The notes: generated by a model not told the origin, from the sequence alone. Shown: positions 39,411 to 52,000, counted from the first letter of the stretch. The stretch is DNA of 64,000 nucleotides from Epiperipatus broadwayi (GCA_028023455.1 JAQFVV010000003.1:23932001-23996000); one strand, 5' to 3'. Made by a program: numbers and translations.

Positions 39411-40136
39411 AAAAATAATAAATAAAGAATAATACACTAGAAATTAGTTCCATACAAGTTAATTTGTTAATGTAAATTTGTATAGAACCCATTGAATTCA
39501 TTGTTCTGTTCATTTGATATTTAAAGATACCATCTTGCTATCTTTTAACTTCTGCAACAAATGTTTCCTTTTGAAATACCTCAATATTATATCTAATTGT
39601 CTATTCTTCTAATATAAATACAACTAATACAGACAATTTCCTAAAATGATTAATATGGATAATTTTCTACTTATGTATCTAGTTGGTCTGTCTATGTGCA
39701 TATATATATATTATTGCAAATAAGGTTTATGGAAAAATTGTGACTTGCGTGCTTACTCTAGAAAATAAGCTTACAGATTAATAAAGTGAATAATAAATGA
39801 AATTGATATATTGCTAATGAATTGACAACAGTCAATAGAATGCAAGTTGAAAAGGATGAATGACTAGCAAGAGAAAAAGAAGCCTGGCTAGAGATGTGTA
39901 TATAGGTTTAAAATGCGCATATAAGTGAAAATGGTCAGCCTAAAATTATCTTATTGTGTGGTATAATACGAACAAATGGAACCTCAAGGATATATGAACT
40001 ATATTTATATATTGACATTGTGAGGATAATCCATTCCATGTATCAAATACTTATTAATCACTTTTCCAAAAGTAAAATGTACAAGTAAATAAAGTTATTG
40101 AAGTTTAAATTTTTTTTTTTTTTTTCATATGTCAAA

Positions 40137-40208
40137 TGCATTGCCCAGGAAGCAAACATGGGCCAACTACTTGGAAGGCTGATATGCTAACCACTTGGCC
40201 ATCATTTC
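40137..40208 (-). pseudogene. tRNA-Gly(TCC)-derived pseudogene with short 3' trailer and poly(A)
   Basis: AGTGGTTAGCATATCAGCCTTCCAAGTAGTTGGCCCATGTTTGCTTCCTGGGCAATGCA matches eukaryotic tRNA-Gly-TCC with CpG decay. The 5' acceptor strand is unpaired, and it is followed by TTTGACATATG and about 15 A. Confidence 0.75.
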
Positions 40209-40949
40209 TTTTTAGTGTTATTTTATTTAATTTTGAAGTGTATCCAGCTGGTATCATTTGAGATATCTCCAAATACATCACACTAGTCCATCCCAAAACT
40301 TTTGCAAAACTTGAAAAAATATATAAATCTTCATTGTTGCAACATATTAAAGTGCATCTTCCTTTGATGATCACATTTATAAAGTGACCTGTTAAATATA
40401 ACTATTTTTCTAAATTGAATAGTAATGTTAGTTAGTGAAAATTAAGTTTCTAAATGTTTAATCATCCTATACAAATTGATAATATAAATTCTAATCAATA
40501 CTATTTCAAATTTGATTATATTTTTAAGTATATTTTGTATTCATTTTTCATTTTCAAACATTTTTTAATATTTTGTTTCTGAACAATCTTACTGGTAAAA
40601 GTTTACATATTGTTTTAAGTTGATTAATTGTATAAATAGTTTTTCTGGAAGATAAGTAACATTTGAGAAAACAAATGGCACATTAAGTATAACAGTTCTA
40701 GGTTTGATTGGTCAAATTGAGATTGTTTTCACTTAGTTACATGGTTTGGTATACTGGCAGTATAGCAAATAAAATTCATATCTATGACTTCCATTGCTAT
40801 GAACCCTTGAATTATAAATTATTTTTTTTAATAATAATGATAATGATGATGATGATATAGAATTATGCTAGATTGAAATAATATAAAAAGGTAAAAAGAT
40901 TTTAATAGTTACAATATATTTATGACCTACTTTGTTATATTATGAATTA

Positions 40950-43450
40950 TATTAATATTGGCAGAGATTGAAGAGTTTCTAATAAATTACAAACATGACA
41001 TTGTTTTAATTGGTGATTTTAATGCACCTGATTATTTTTTTTAGGTAATATAAAAGATGTGGGTAATGATGCTAAACTTAAATTAATACAGCATAATAAC
41101 ATTATCAATTTCCAAGTGAAGAGTATTAAATCTTGTTTTTAGTAGTAAAGATAATGGCTGATCAGGTTATAATATCTCCTCCTCCATTTCATCCACCATT
41201 AAATATTATAATAGATGGCATTTATGAACCTGTAATGCTTATAAAACTAATTTTAGAGATTATAAACAAAATTATTGTTGTGGTTTATATAAAGCCTTGA
41301 GAGGTGTTGATGGGAATGTAATTTACACAGAAGCTTATCCAAATATGGTTGCTAATAAATTTATTGGTATCTTATAAAAAAATTTGAAACAATATATTCC
41401 AGTTAGGTGCTTACAGAATAACAAAAATAAATATTCTAAATGGTTCTGGAAGTAATCATGTAGAGATTTGAACAGAAAACAAATATTATAGAGTATCTTA
41501 TGAATTAAAAGTGCATAATTATTGATATTAGATAATAATTTAAATAATGTTGAAAGTAATTTTAAACAGACTCCTCAAATGTTTTGGAATTATATTAAAA
41601 ATGTGAGAATTATCGGTAATAACATTTGTAAAAATAATTAACTATCAGCATTCTTTGAATAATTTTAGTCATCAGTTTTCAAATATTTATTCAATTTCAT
41701 CTGATAATGATTTGTCTGATGCTAAGTTTGATCATGTAAATTGTTAGATGTTAATAAAATATATATTATTGAAGTAATTAATATTTAAATCTAGGTATGC
41801 TTTATATCCCTGGAGTTTAGCTGTGATTATAGGGGATTTGAACCAGACTTTCAAGCTATCTTCAGCTATCCAATCTATCTCATACAACTGACACACATAA
41901 CCGCCCACATGTAAAAAAGAAATTACCTCATGCTGAACCAGCACTCATTAGTTGGTCCAGATCATCATCTCCCACATATATATAATCAGTGCTCAGTTTA
42001 TATTAAGATAGCAAATTTTCATACTTTAATGGACAGGTTTTAGTCTAACTCCACCATCCAACTCTTCAGCCCTCCATGCCATTGAAAATCCGATGATGGA
42101 ATGCAATGCAATTCACAGACTTGTCAAAATCATTTATGGGTTGTGATGAGATTCCTAACTTTATTGTTAAGGGTTGTTCGTAAGGGTAGACTTGGCAGTA
42201 TATTATTAATTTATATCTATTAATAAAGCTGACATTTTTAAAGCAACTAAGATTGTATCTATATACCAAAAAGGGGATAAATATGATTCTGACAATTATA
42301 GGCTTATTTCTATTCTGTCATCTTTTGCTAGAATTTATGAGAGATGTATATAATGATAATATATCAAATGTGCTTAAAGTATTGATTGATTTTTGGCATG
42401 TGTTTCTACCAGGTAAATCTGTTGATACTAATTTACTGATGATAAATGATCATATTGCACATGCATTATCTAATCAGTCACAACTTGATATGTCACAGGC
42501 ATTTGATAGAGTGTCACATGATAGATTAATTTATAAATTTGAAATATTAGAAGTTAATCCTCACTTAATTGCATGGTTTAAAAATTATCTGATTAATAAA
42601 GTCTCCTTTCTATGTATAAACAAAGATAAGTCTAGTTTTTTTTCCAAAAATTTGATAGGAATACTACAAGATAAAGTATCCATTCCATTACTCTTTAATG
42701 TCTTTATCTGTGATATTGATCAAAATATTAAAGAAAGTATGATACTTACTTGTGCTGATGATTGTAAATTATTTAAAAGAATTGGTATCTATGCCAAGCA
42801 TATTGAATTCCAAAGTGATATTGAATATTTTAATAAATGGTGTAAATTTAATAACATGAAGATAAATTTAAACAAAACTAGAATTGTTAGTTATACTAAT
42901 AACACAGGTATGTATATCATTATAAGATTGAATAAAATTATATTGCTTATAAAGAGATTGTTTTTGATTTTTTACATTTAGTGTACATATAAAGCATATT
43001 ATAAATAAAGCTTATAAATGAGTTAGATGCATCTTGAGATATGGTAGACATCTTTCCCCTTATATTAAATATAGGTTATTTTGTTCTCTTATTGTTCCTT
43101 TGTTAGAATATGGTTCCATTATATGGAATCTGGATTTAATTTATTTTAAATTGAGATTTGATGATATGGAGAAAAGATTTATTAGATTTATAAGAGGAGA
43201 AAATTTAAATGTTGAATCAGTATTAAATGTCAGAAGAATACTTTAAGGCATGATAATGTTAAAAAAAAAATGATGGAAAAATTGATATTGATGGTTGTAT
43301 ATCTAAAATAGAATTAAAAGTACCTATTCACTTGTTAAGAGAAACTTACTTTTAAAATTAAAAAAAAGTAGTACAGTAATTCATTTTTAAACAAATCATT
43401 CATTAATAGGATGCAAAAAATATATCAAAAATTTATTAATATGGATAGTT
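40950..43450 (+). mobile_element. Degenerate CR1-like non-LTR retrotransposon (APE plus RT)
   Basis: IVLIGDFNAPD; GCDEIPNFIVKGCS; KGDKYDSDNYRLISILSSFARIYE; ORF 42253-42981 with MSQAFDRVSH, PLLFNVFICD, CADDCKLF, INLNKT. Confidence 0.85.
41925..42000 (-). repeat. Family C fragment inside the CR1-like element, with partial HHR
   Basis: CCAA CTAATGA GTGCTG GTT CAGCAT GAGG; full 6-bp stem II. Confidence 0.7.
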
Positions 43451-43509
43451 TTTGTACTTGTTTTATTATTAACCTTAAAAAAGAATTGAGATGTAATTGA
43501 AAATAATGT

Positions 43510-44275
43510 AGTGTGATATGTATAAACCTGAATTATCTGCATTTGGTATCTGCTATTAAGTTGTATAACTAATCTTGCCACTCTCAATCTCCACAATATT
43601 GTTCTTCCACTTTTTATTTGTAATGAATCCTACTCCACTTGTATTTCCAATATTTGTGCCTTTATAATAGAGTATATGTCCACTTTTTAAATCAATTGTC
43701 TCTTCACCTTTTCTTCTAATTTCACAAAGTCCAATAATGTCCCATTTAATATAAGACAGTTCTTCTTCTAATTCTTACAATCTTCCTTCACTTGAAAGTG
43801 ATCTGCAGTTGTAAGTACCTAAGTAAAAAGTTGTTATCAAATGACAGCCTGGGTCCGCAATCAAGGGATTCTTAGCACCCTCTGCCTTCGGCCACCAAGC
43901 CTTGGTTGGTGACTTTACAGTCTCCTGGAAATAAGGGCCATGCTTTATTTTTGTCTGTCATAATTGTATATAGGTATTGGAAAAATATTTATCATTTACA
44001 CAAATATTCATTCTGCCTTATCAGGCACTGAGAAGAAAGACCATGGTGTTTCTATAAAAGCTAATAAACTCACCATGCTGGCTAATGCGTATTGGTGAGC
44101 AGCCCATCCATGTTCATAAACTATATGAATAATCACATAGTAATAACAGCTGCAACGACAAGAACGTATGGAGTGGACATTAGGAATTTGCCCTGCCCGG
44201 TTTCTTTAAGGCCTCCAAGAGGAATCAAAGGGTCTCCTTTCAGTTAATAGCAAATTCCTGATCTTCAGAAACATT
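43510..44275 (-). mobile_element. RTE-clade element, 5' UTR plus AP endonuclease N-terminal half
   Basis: GTYNCRSLSSEGRL*ELEEELSYIKWDIIGLCEIRRKGEETIDLKSGHILYYKG...GVGF; RVARLVIQLNSRYQMQIIQVY. Confidence 0.9.
44107..44270 (-). ncRNA. Decayed HDV-like ribozyme in the RTE 5' UTR
   Basis: P2 TCCAT/ATGGA, P3 ACG/CGT, L3 TTCTTGT, 9-bp P4 ACTATGTGA/TCATATAGT and J4/2 TGAAC, all in the correct order. P1 is only 4 of 7 paired. Confidence 0.55.
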
Positions 44276-44289
44276 CTAATGAATTTAAA

Positions 44290-44650
44290 TTAGAACTTAC
44301 AAATTGGTTTCAAGTATTAGTAGATTTTGAACGTAATTCAGATTTGAATGAAATTAATATGAAAATAACTGATACACTTTCAAAAACTGCAACAAAGGTA
44401 GCTGGTAGAAAAAAGCAGCAATTTACCAATAACATTTCTACTGAGACTAGAGAATTTATGAAGAAAATAAGGAATATGAAGATATACAAAAATGATGCAT
44501 TAAAAAGAATTGAATATCTCAAATTTTGTAAAATGGTGCGGAAAAGAGTTGAAAATGATATAAGAAAGTATAACTGTAAACTAGCAAGGAAAGCTGTAAA
44601 AGAAAATAAAAGTCTCAAGAATGTAAAACGACATTTTGGTATTGGTAGGA
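44290..44650 (+). mobile_element. RTE APE-RT linker fragment, opposite orientation to the adjacent 5' piece
   Basis: ORF 44344: NNISTETREFMKK...IEYLKFCKMVRKRVENDIRKYNCKLARKAVKENKSLK...GIGRK. Confidence 0.75.
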
Positions 44651-44833
44651 AATCTTGGATAGGGTATCCAAGTATAGCTTCTGGCCTCTTATACAGAGGC
44701 AAAGAATGGACTCTTGAGCTGCAATCTTATGTCATTTGAATCCAGGTTGCTGTGTAGTCTTAGTTTAAAATCATAGTTGACTTTGACAAATGGTTTCATC
44801 ATCATCAGGAAATCTTGGATATGGTATCCAAGT
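44647..44833. repeat. 133-bp segment between 27-bp direct repeats (160-bp period)
   Basis: AGGAAATCTTGGATA(G/T)GGTATCCAAGT at 44647 and 44807, with one mismatch. Confidence 0.85.
44779..44814 (-). ncRNA. Candidate minimal hammerhead lacking helix II
   Basis: GATTTC CTGATGA TGAT GAAA C CATTT G TC AAAGTC; stem I has 5 of 6 pairs. Confidence 0.4.
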
Positions 44834-45507
44834 TACATATTTTTTTTAAGTATTCCAGTAATGCAGTTTTGATGATCTAGATCAACTGTTAATAAGAGAA
44901 TAGTTGTGAAGGACCTTGGTTTCAGTCTTGACTCTGTTTCTTTGGTTCTCATGGAAAAATATTATAATAAGGTACCAGGGCTTGGGATGTTCTGCAATTT
45001 TCAGAACTGTATCCCAAAATTAATTTAGAAACTTTTAGCTTTTGGATTTACCAGTCCATCATTGAGAACATTTTGATATTTATCCAAGTAACAGTTCATT
45101 ATATACTTATATACTGTATTAATAATTAACAAGTTTCTGAAAAAAGTTAGTTAGATAATGAAGAAAATATAGGGGTGCAAAAATAATTGTTGATTTAAAA
45201 TTGACTGAGTGACAATTAATATTTGGAAAAGCTTTTTAGCATAGAAGTGAATATATCCATCTGTCATGATTTGGAATTTTATCTTGACATTTTTTCCAAG
45301 CCACAGTGTTACAACTTTTATGATAGATAGATGAGTCACGTCTAGCTATCCTTACAATAGTGAGTGGTAAATGGGCATTTAAACATTCTCAACTAGAAAA
45401 TAAAGCTCCCAACTAATTTAGATTGGCTTTAAGATTATTGATGCATTTAAGTGTAAAAATGAAAAATTGATTGTAATATGATGCAGCCTGAATCCATGGT
45501 TACCTTT

Positions 45508-46180
45508 CATCATAATTTTCAGTCATTATCAATTCTCTGAATAAAGATTTAATATTTAATTCAGTTTCTCGAATCAGTGATTTCTCATCTTCATTTCACA
45601 TTAAAAAAATTATTTACTCCATTCATATCTTATATTTGGTTTCTTTCTAATTTGTTTCATCATCATTTTCAGTCATTATCAATTCTCTGAAGAATAAAGA
45701 TTTAATATTTAATTCCGTTTCTCGAATCAGTGATTTCTCATCTTCATTTCACATTAAAAAATTTCTTTACTCCATCCATATCTTATATTTGGTTTCTTTC
45801 TAAATTGTTTTACATTATTTTGGAATCCAGTTTATCCATCATCTATTACTACCTCTTCTAGAAATATGTCCAGTCCAGCCTTTAATCTTTTTAATGATTT
45901 CAATCTTTGCTTGATCTCTCATCTAAATATTTTACATTCAATCCCCCTTGACACTCTCAATATACATTACTTCCTATTTTATGGAGTAAGTAAAATTCTC
46001 TGTATTACCTTTTTTTTTAAATGTCTTAATCCCAGATTTCTAAGTAAGAAGTGATAAAACACATCTATTAAAAATCTTTCTTTTCAAACATATATTTTCT
46101 TTAAATATTAAATTATTTGTACCAAAAGCATTCAATCCATTTCTAATTCTAGGATTAATTTTATGTATTATGTTGCATCC
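45508..46180 (-). mobile_element. RTE-clade 3' end with the terminal 150 bp duplicated in tandem
   Basis: INPRIRNGLNAFG...CLKKKDFNRCVLSLLT; GWTGHISRRGSNR*WINWIP. Duplicated units start at 45508 and 45658, each ending in an ATG-repeat tail. Confidence 0.85.
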
Positions 46181-46199
46181 TTATTAACAATGTCAATAA

Positions 46200-47900
46200 A
46201 TATTTGCAGATATCTAATTCATGATAATCGGTTATTTTCTTCTTCTGAGAAAATCCTTTGAACATCGTTTCCATCTTTTTAGTATTTATCTTTATTTAAA
46301 CAAAGAAATTATTTTTAATTATTTATTTGCGTAAATCTTATAAAATTTATTTAAATATATATACTTAAAATCAAAAAAAAAAAAAAATGAGAGGAGTGAA
46401 AATTTATTTAAATATCTATGTATACTTAAAACCAAAAGAAATAAAATGAGAGGAGTGAATTTTCAATTCTAACGATTACTTTTCACGCTGAAGGTAATGG
46501 AAATTAAAACAGAACGGTTTTTTTTTTAAAAAAAAATTAACTCACGCATCTCAAGTTTCGATTATTCGAAGTTATCTTCTCATCGCGGCATAAAATTTGA
46601 ACATTAAATACATATATAAAGAAATTGTTAAGAAAAATATAAATTAAAAATGAAAGAGAAATAAATTTATGGCAGTGTACTAATAGTTAAATCATTAGAA
46701 GATGGTAGTTTTAATTTATTCTTAAATGTTAATATTTCCGCTCAACTAACATCCTCCTGAGATGAGGACTTCAACTCTCTTCAGCCGTTCGCGCACAGTT
46801 CTAATCGCTTTTTAAGAACACTTGTGTTTTCTTAAGACAAATTACATGATTATTTAATGCAGATTTTTAATGCTATTTTTTTCTTTTTAAATGACTTGAA
46901 CACATCAACAGCAGCAGCGAATTTACTTGAACTTCCTGTTCTTTAAACTAGTTTTAAATAAATGACTACTAATTTGCATTTATAACCGCACAGCTGAGAG
47001 GTAAGAAAGGGACCATCTAAAGGATCTACAATAATATATTTTAAAAAAGCTATTCTTTTTGCCGTATAAATATTTAATCAAGACGTTTTATTGTAATTTA
47101 CTTAATTTTATACTGTTTGTTGTGGCAAACTGATTATTATTTGAATTCTATTATCCTTGTGGCGCTTTTTTTTTCATAAACAAAATTTTGATCTCGTATT
47201 CCAGGTGTTATTAATTATATATGTGTACGTTTTGTACATAAACGCGTTATTGCACTTTGATTTACGAGTATTAAATCTTCTGCACTCACAAATTTTGACA
47301 TCAACTACTTCAGATGAATAAATTAATAATTACTTCTAGTACTAATATAAACGTGTAAGAGATCGTGACCTAAGACAACTGAAGATTACTGATTTAGGAT
47401 GAAATGCATATTGTGTGTATTTGTGAGTAGTCATTTGTGTTTTTCAGATGACTTTATTCTTATGTTTTAAAATATGTGGCGGTAATGAAACCTTTAAATA
47501 TATTTAAACATTAAATATGTGCTACCTTAGCTGCTATTACCAATAAAATACAATTTAGGCTAAAAAATCGGAATTCAAATTGTCCAAACACACTATTCAT
47601 ATGCATATTAAAAACACCCTTGCATGTGAACAGGCTAAGAACAAAATTTTTACCCAATTGATCAAACTGAGATATTATTCAACTGGGAAACAATCTAGTA
47701 ATTTTTGACTTTTGAATTCTCTATTCAACCACTGTGGTGCACAAATTTTAAATGATTTTTTTGTTCAGATTTCCAAATTTCAAAATTATATATATAGGAT
47801 TTCTATGTGGGGTCACTTAATAACAAATCTATAAAATAAATCGGTAATATTATAAAAAATCGTAACAAGCCCTTAAATTTATTTAGTATTGATGTGTCTA
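46200..47900 (+). promoter_or_regulatory. CpG-retaining patch; putative promoter or first exon (plus)
   Basis: About 30 CpG in 1.7 kb (hand count); strong donor GAG|GTAAGA at 47000/47001. Confidence 0.45.
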
Positions 47901-49299
47901 ATCAAATCTAGAGACTTAACAATCCCTATTTGTAGTATAGGCAGTATGATTAGAATTTATATCAATTTATTGATAAGATTTTACTAATTAATTTTTGTAC
48001 ACCAATATTTTATAGATGAAGGAAAAGTACTGTAAAATGAGGGAATACACTGTTAATCTTACAAACTAGGTAAACAAGTATCATGCAAAGTACATAACTA
48101 TACTTAGAAATAACAATGATTTATTTAATCCTTAATTCACAGAATATGAAGACAAGAGTATATCTTTAATTAATCTAATGTAATTATTATTGATTACAAT
48201 CCAAATTGCCACCCTTAAACCAGTTTTTGAATTTTACTTTCATCATTGAGACTTGGAATTCAAATTTGGAATGAAAATGGTTATGTTTTTAGCAACCATC
48301 TTTAAATCCATTTTATCAGCTAAAAACTTGAAATTCAAATCAGCCTATGTATTTGAACCAAGTAAATGGCTTGAACAATTATGTAGATCTGAGTCCAGTC
48401 CAACAACTATACATTTTGATACTTTCAGTTCTTTATTAACTGTTAGGCGCCTTATTTCCCTAACTGGCAGTGTCAATAATAATGCCAAAGCATTTAATTC
48501 TCAATCTTCTATAATATAAAATAATAATAGATTTCCACTGTAGTAGCAACTGCCATTAAAGATAGATATTGAATGCATCCAATTTAGCATCTTAAGTTCC
48601 ATTATTAAATGTATCGGATAATCACTAATTACTCAAGCTTACAGTAGATGACACTAGATCAGAGGGCTACTTTTGTCTTAACTATCTTTAGAACTTTAAA
48701 AAAGATAAATTCACAAAGAAAAGTAACTGGAGGTTAGAGATAATGTCTTAAAAGTTTGGAAATTAAAATATAATTTTAAATAGACAACGCATGGTGTTAA
48801 TGATCATGTGCAAATTTTTTTTTTATAAATGAATGTAACAAATCTTTTATAACATTGACATATTTAATATGAATCATCTTAGTTTTATTTGATTTTGCTC
48901 TTCTATCTTAGAGCAGTAATAAAGTGGTGAACTAAGAACTAAATATTTAAGATCAATCTTCACTAAAGTTTAAAAAAATCAGTTTGATTAACAGAATAAA
49001 ATTTTTACATTTGACTGCTTATAACCTCAACCTCAAATGTCACATGATTCTTCAAGCAACTAATTACATGAGAATTATTATTTTTTAAGTTAGTTATAAT
49101 TTTTAATATCAATTAGTTGAATTCAGAAATGTAAACTGTCAGTGATATTGTAATACTGAAAACCCATTATAGTGATCTACAACATGTGGGTCTTTAAATT
49201 TATTGTTGGAGTATCATAAACAGATAGGCATACCTTTTAAAAATATTTCTAGGAATAAGATATGTAGTATTTTCAACTGAATTGTAATTATAAAACTGA

Positions 49300-49800
49300 A
49301 GTTTGACTTGAAAACAAGTTTGAATCAATGTATTGGATAATCTTTTGTTGTGTTCATGATATTAAGCATGTCAAAAGAGAAACTTTAAATGAGATTGTGA
49401 TGCACATGAAAAGATTTAAAGGTTTAGAAATTGGTAATTACTTTCAAGCTGTGCCAAGAAATATTATAGATTATTTGTTTGAACTCAAGTCAGGGTAGCA
49501 TGATGGAGGGAGATATTAAAAAACAGTAAAAATGATAATTAGATAGACTAAGATTTGAGACATTAGTGAAAAATTGAAAAGCCAAATGAATATGATTAGA
49601 TCAGTGAAAAAGATCAATTGGAGGAATCCAAATTTAAAATTTAATTGTGGCAATAGACTTTCTGTAACGATAATGGCAGCATTAAGAACTTATAATGTGA
49701 TATGAGAAAAGTTAATGTAATGTTTTTAGCATGAAAAAAAGTAGATACTTAAAAAAAAAATGACAAAAGAATTAACTATGAATTGAATAATGCTACTTTT
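49300..49800 (+). mobile_element. Possible hAT transposase dimerisation-domain relic
   Basis: PNLKFNCGNRLSVTIMAALRTY...RYLKKKMTKEL loosely resembles FPNL...TLPVTVASAERSF...YLRSTMTQERL. Confidence 0.3.
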
Positions 49801-49967
49801 ATAAAATATACTTATATTGATAATTCCTATTGCTGAATGATTATTACTCTATAAGAAAAAATCTAATCCTGCACTAAGATATACTAATGAGGTAGAAATC
49901 AAAAATTATGCTTTGTTTATATGTAATTATTAGTGATACAGGGATAAAATCCTGCATTAATAATGAT

Positions 49968-50019
49968 ATACCTAAGAGTATCCATAGTAGTGAAATACCT
50001 AAGAGTATCCATAGTAGTG
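49968..50019. repeat. Short tandem duplication, period 27 bp
   Basis: ATACCTAAGAGTATCCATAGTAGTG exact at 49968 and 49995. Confidence 0.95.
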
Positions 50020-50179
50020 TTTATTAGGCTTTTCAGTAATGCCTACATTCATTGAACAGCTATTTGCCAAGATTTTAAATACAGTTGTTTTTAAATTTTA
50101 TTATTTATAATAATTTTTGGGTTGATTCTCACCTCACAATTTGATCAGAGTTGTGATTTATATCAAAACTAAGAAGTCT

Positions 50180-50645
50180 TTATTAAAACAGGCAGAAATC
50201 TCCATACAGTAGTGCCACTCAATGCAAGCCAGAGTAATCAATGGATGCCAAAAGACTTGTGCATAAAATTCTATCTAGTGCTTAATCATCTAATATCCCG
50301 AGACTAGTTTCTAGATTTTGGCTTTTGACAGTGAGAAGCCTTGAATCTGAGAGCACTGCATCTAGGTCTTAGGATCTAATGCATTTCTTCAGCAGTCACC
50401 TTTTATCTCTACTTAACTACAAAACTATGAGAATAAAATTGAAAACACATTAATATTTTCAATCCAAGCTCATTAGCTAATATAATCATATAGGTCTTAA
50501 CTAAGTTCAGTATCCATACATTCTGGCATCTATTGATTACTCTGGCTTGTACTGAATGGCACTACTGTATGGAGAGTTTTGCCTGTTTTAATAACAGTTA
50601 TGAGCAAGCATAAGAAATGGTGATAATGTGATGTTTAGTGGTTTA
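50180..50645. mobile_element. Family A copy A4: about 340-bp arm plus about 125-bp inverted arm
   Basis: TTATTAAAACAGGCA...GGATGCCA pairs with TGGCATCTATTG...TGCCTGTTTTAATAA; ends in GTTTAGTGGTTTAA. Confidence 0.9.
50296..50337 (-). ncRNA. Family A hammerhead motif (core mutated)
   Basis: TTCTCA CTGTCAA AAGCCAAAATCTA GAAA CTAG TC TCGGGA. Confidence 0.6.
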
Positions 50646-51779
50646 AGTCAAAATTATTATTGGTTATAGTTTGTGATGACAGATTTAAATGCATCATTTG
50701 CATTGGAAAATGTACTGAATCGATCAAAAAATTATTTGAAGATTTACTTATGTTATATACTAATCTAAATTATCTGGTTAAGTCATAATGTCTTCAAATG
50801 TGGGGGGAAATATTTTTTGTTACATTAAAGATGGTCACATGATCTATTGCAGACCAACATAGTACATTAAATACTTAGTTATAAAGGAGCTGCTTAGAAT
50901 CTTTTTGGACTTTAACTGTTTTTGGTCAATATATGTAATGGCTACTCAAACTTAATATATTTTGAAACACTACTTCTCATTATGAAAGCTGATGTAGTTT
51001 TTATCTGGTTTTTTTAAAAGGCAAATTTTGATTAATAGAATTGCCTCATTATCATCTCTGTCATAGCCTGACAATGAAGTTATCAGCCATAAGACTGTGA
51101 AAGAAAATTCAGAAACCATTTAGTTTTCTGTATAATTAGTATTATATTTATGTTTTGAACTTATATCTTGATATCAACAAATTCTATTAACAATGCTGGA
51201 ATAGATTGGTTTTATCAATACTCATAAGATAGTTTACATTGTTTTTATTTTAATAATTATGTCTAATTAAAACATCATAGATAATATTTGCAAAGAGTAG
51301 TAGATGTTTTAAGTTTTTCAAAGAAATAGGCATAGAAATTTTTATAATGAAAATTCAGAGATTAATGCTGACTTCTGTAGGTTTTTACTAATTTTTATTA
51401 GAACCATACATTTTACTTTTGATGTAAAGATAGTGATGAAAGTATTTATTATCTCTTTAACATTTCAGTATTTTGTCCATACTAAGAGTGCTTTTACTCA
51501 AGTTTAGAATCTTTAGATATCCTGGTGAAATTTTTATTGATAAAAATAAAAGATATATTAGCATTTTATTTATTTAGTTGAGGGTTCCTCTAGTGGTCAT
51601 GATGAAGACAAAGTTTTTGTATTATTGGTACTATCCACTATAACTTGTAAATAAATAATAATTAAAAAAGATATTTTGTGGTTTAATGCCTTTTAAAAAT
51701 TCAGCATTTAATATTAATTATCAGTTTTTGGACTTTCCCTTAGATTATTTTCTGATAATTTTTGATTTCACTTATAATT

Positions 51780-52000
51780 CGAATAACAAAGACTCCTGAA
51801 GGAAATTTTAGCTGTGAGTTTATGATGGGTGAAAAGATGATCTTCATTTACAGGGGTTTGATATGCAGATTGACTTTCTTTAAGCTATTCCATGCTTGTG
51901 TGATGATTCAATGTATTGGCATGATGCCATAGTGTTGACATTTTATTGTTTCTGCTTATTTAAGTTTTGATTATAGGAAGTGATTGTGCAGTTTACTTTT
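51780..52000 (-). mobile_element. Possible LINE ORF1 zinc-knuckle relic
   Basis: KCQHYGIMPIH resembles a CCHC knuckle; frameshifted. Confidence 0.3.

Noticed and set aside
41835-41870. Hammerhead-like CTGAAGA TAGCTT GAAA on the minus strand
   Set aside because: The two stem I pairs next to the core are mismatched, helix III is weak, and it lies within the CR1-like relic.
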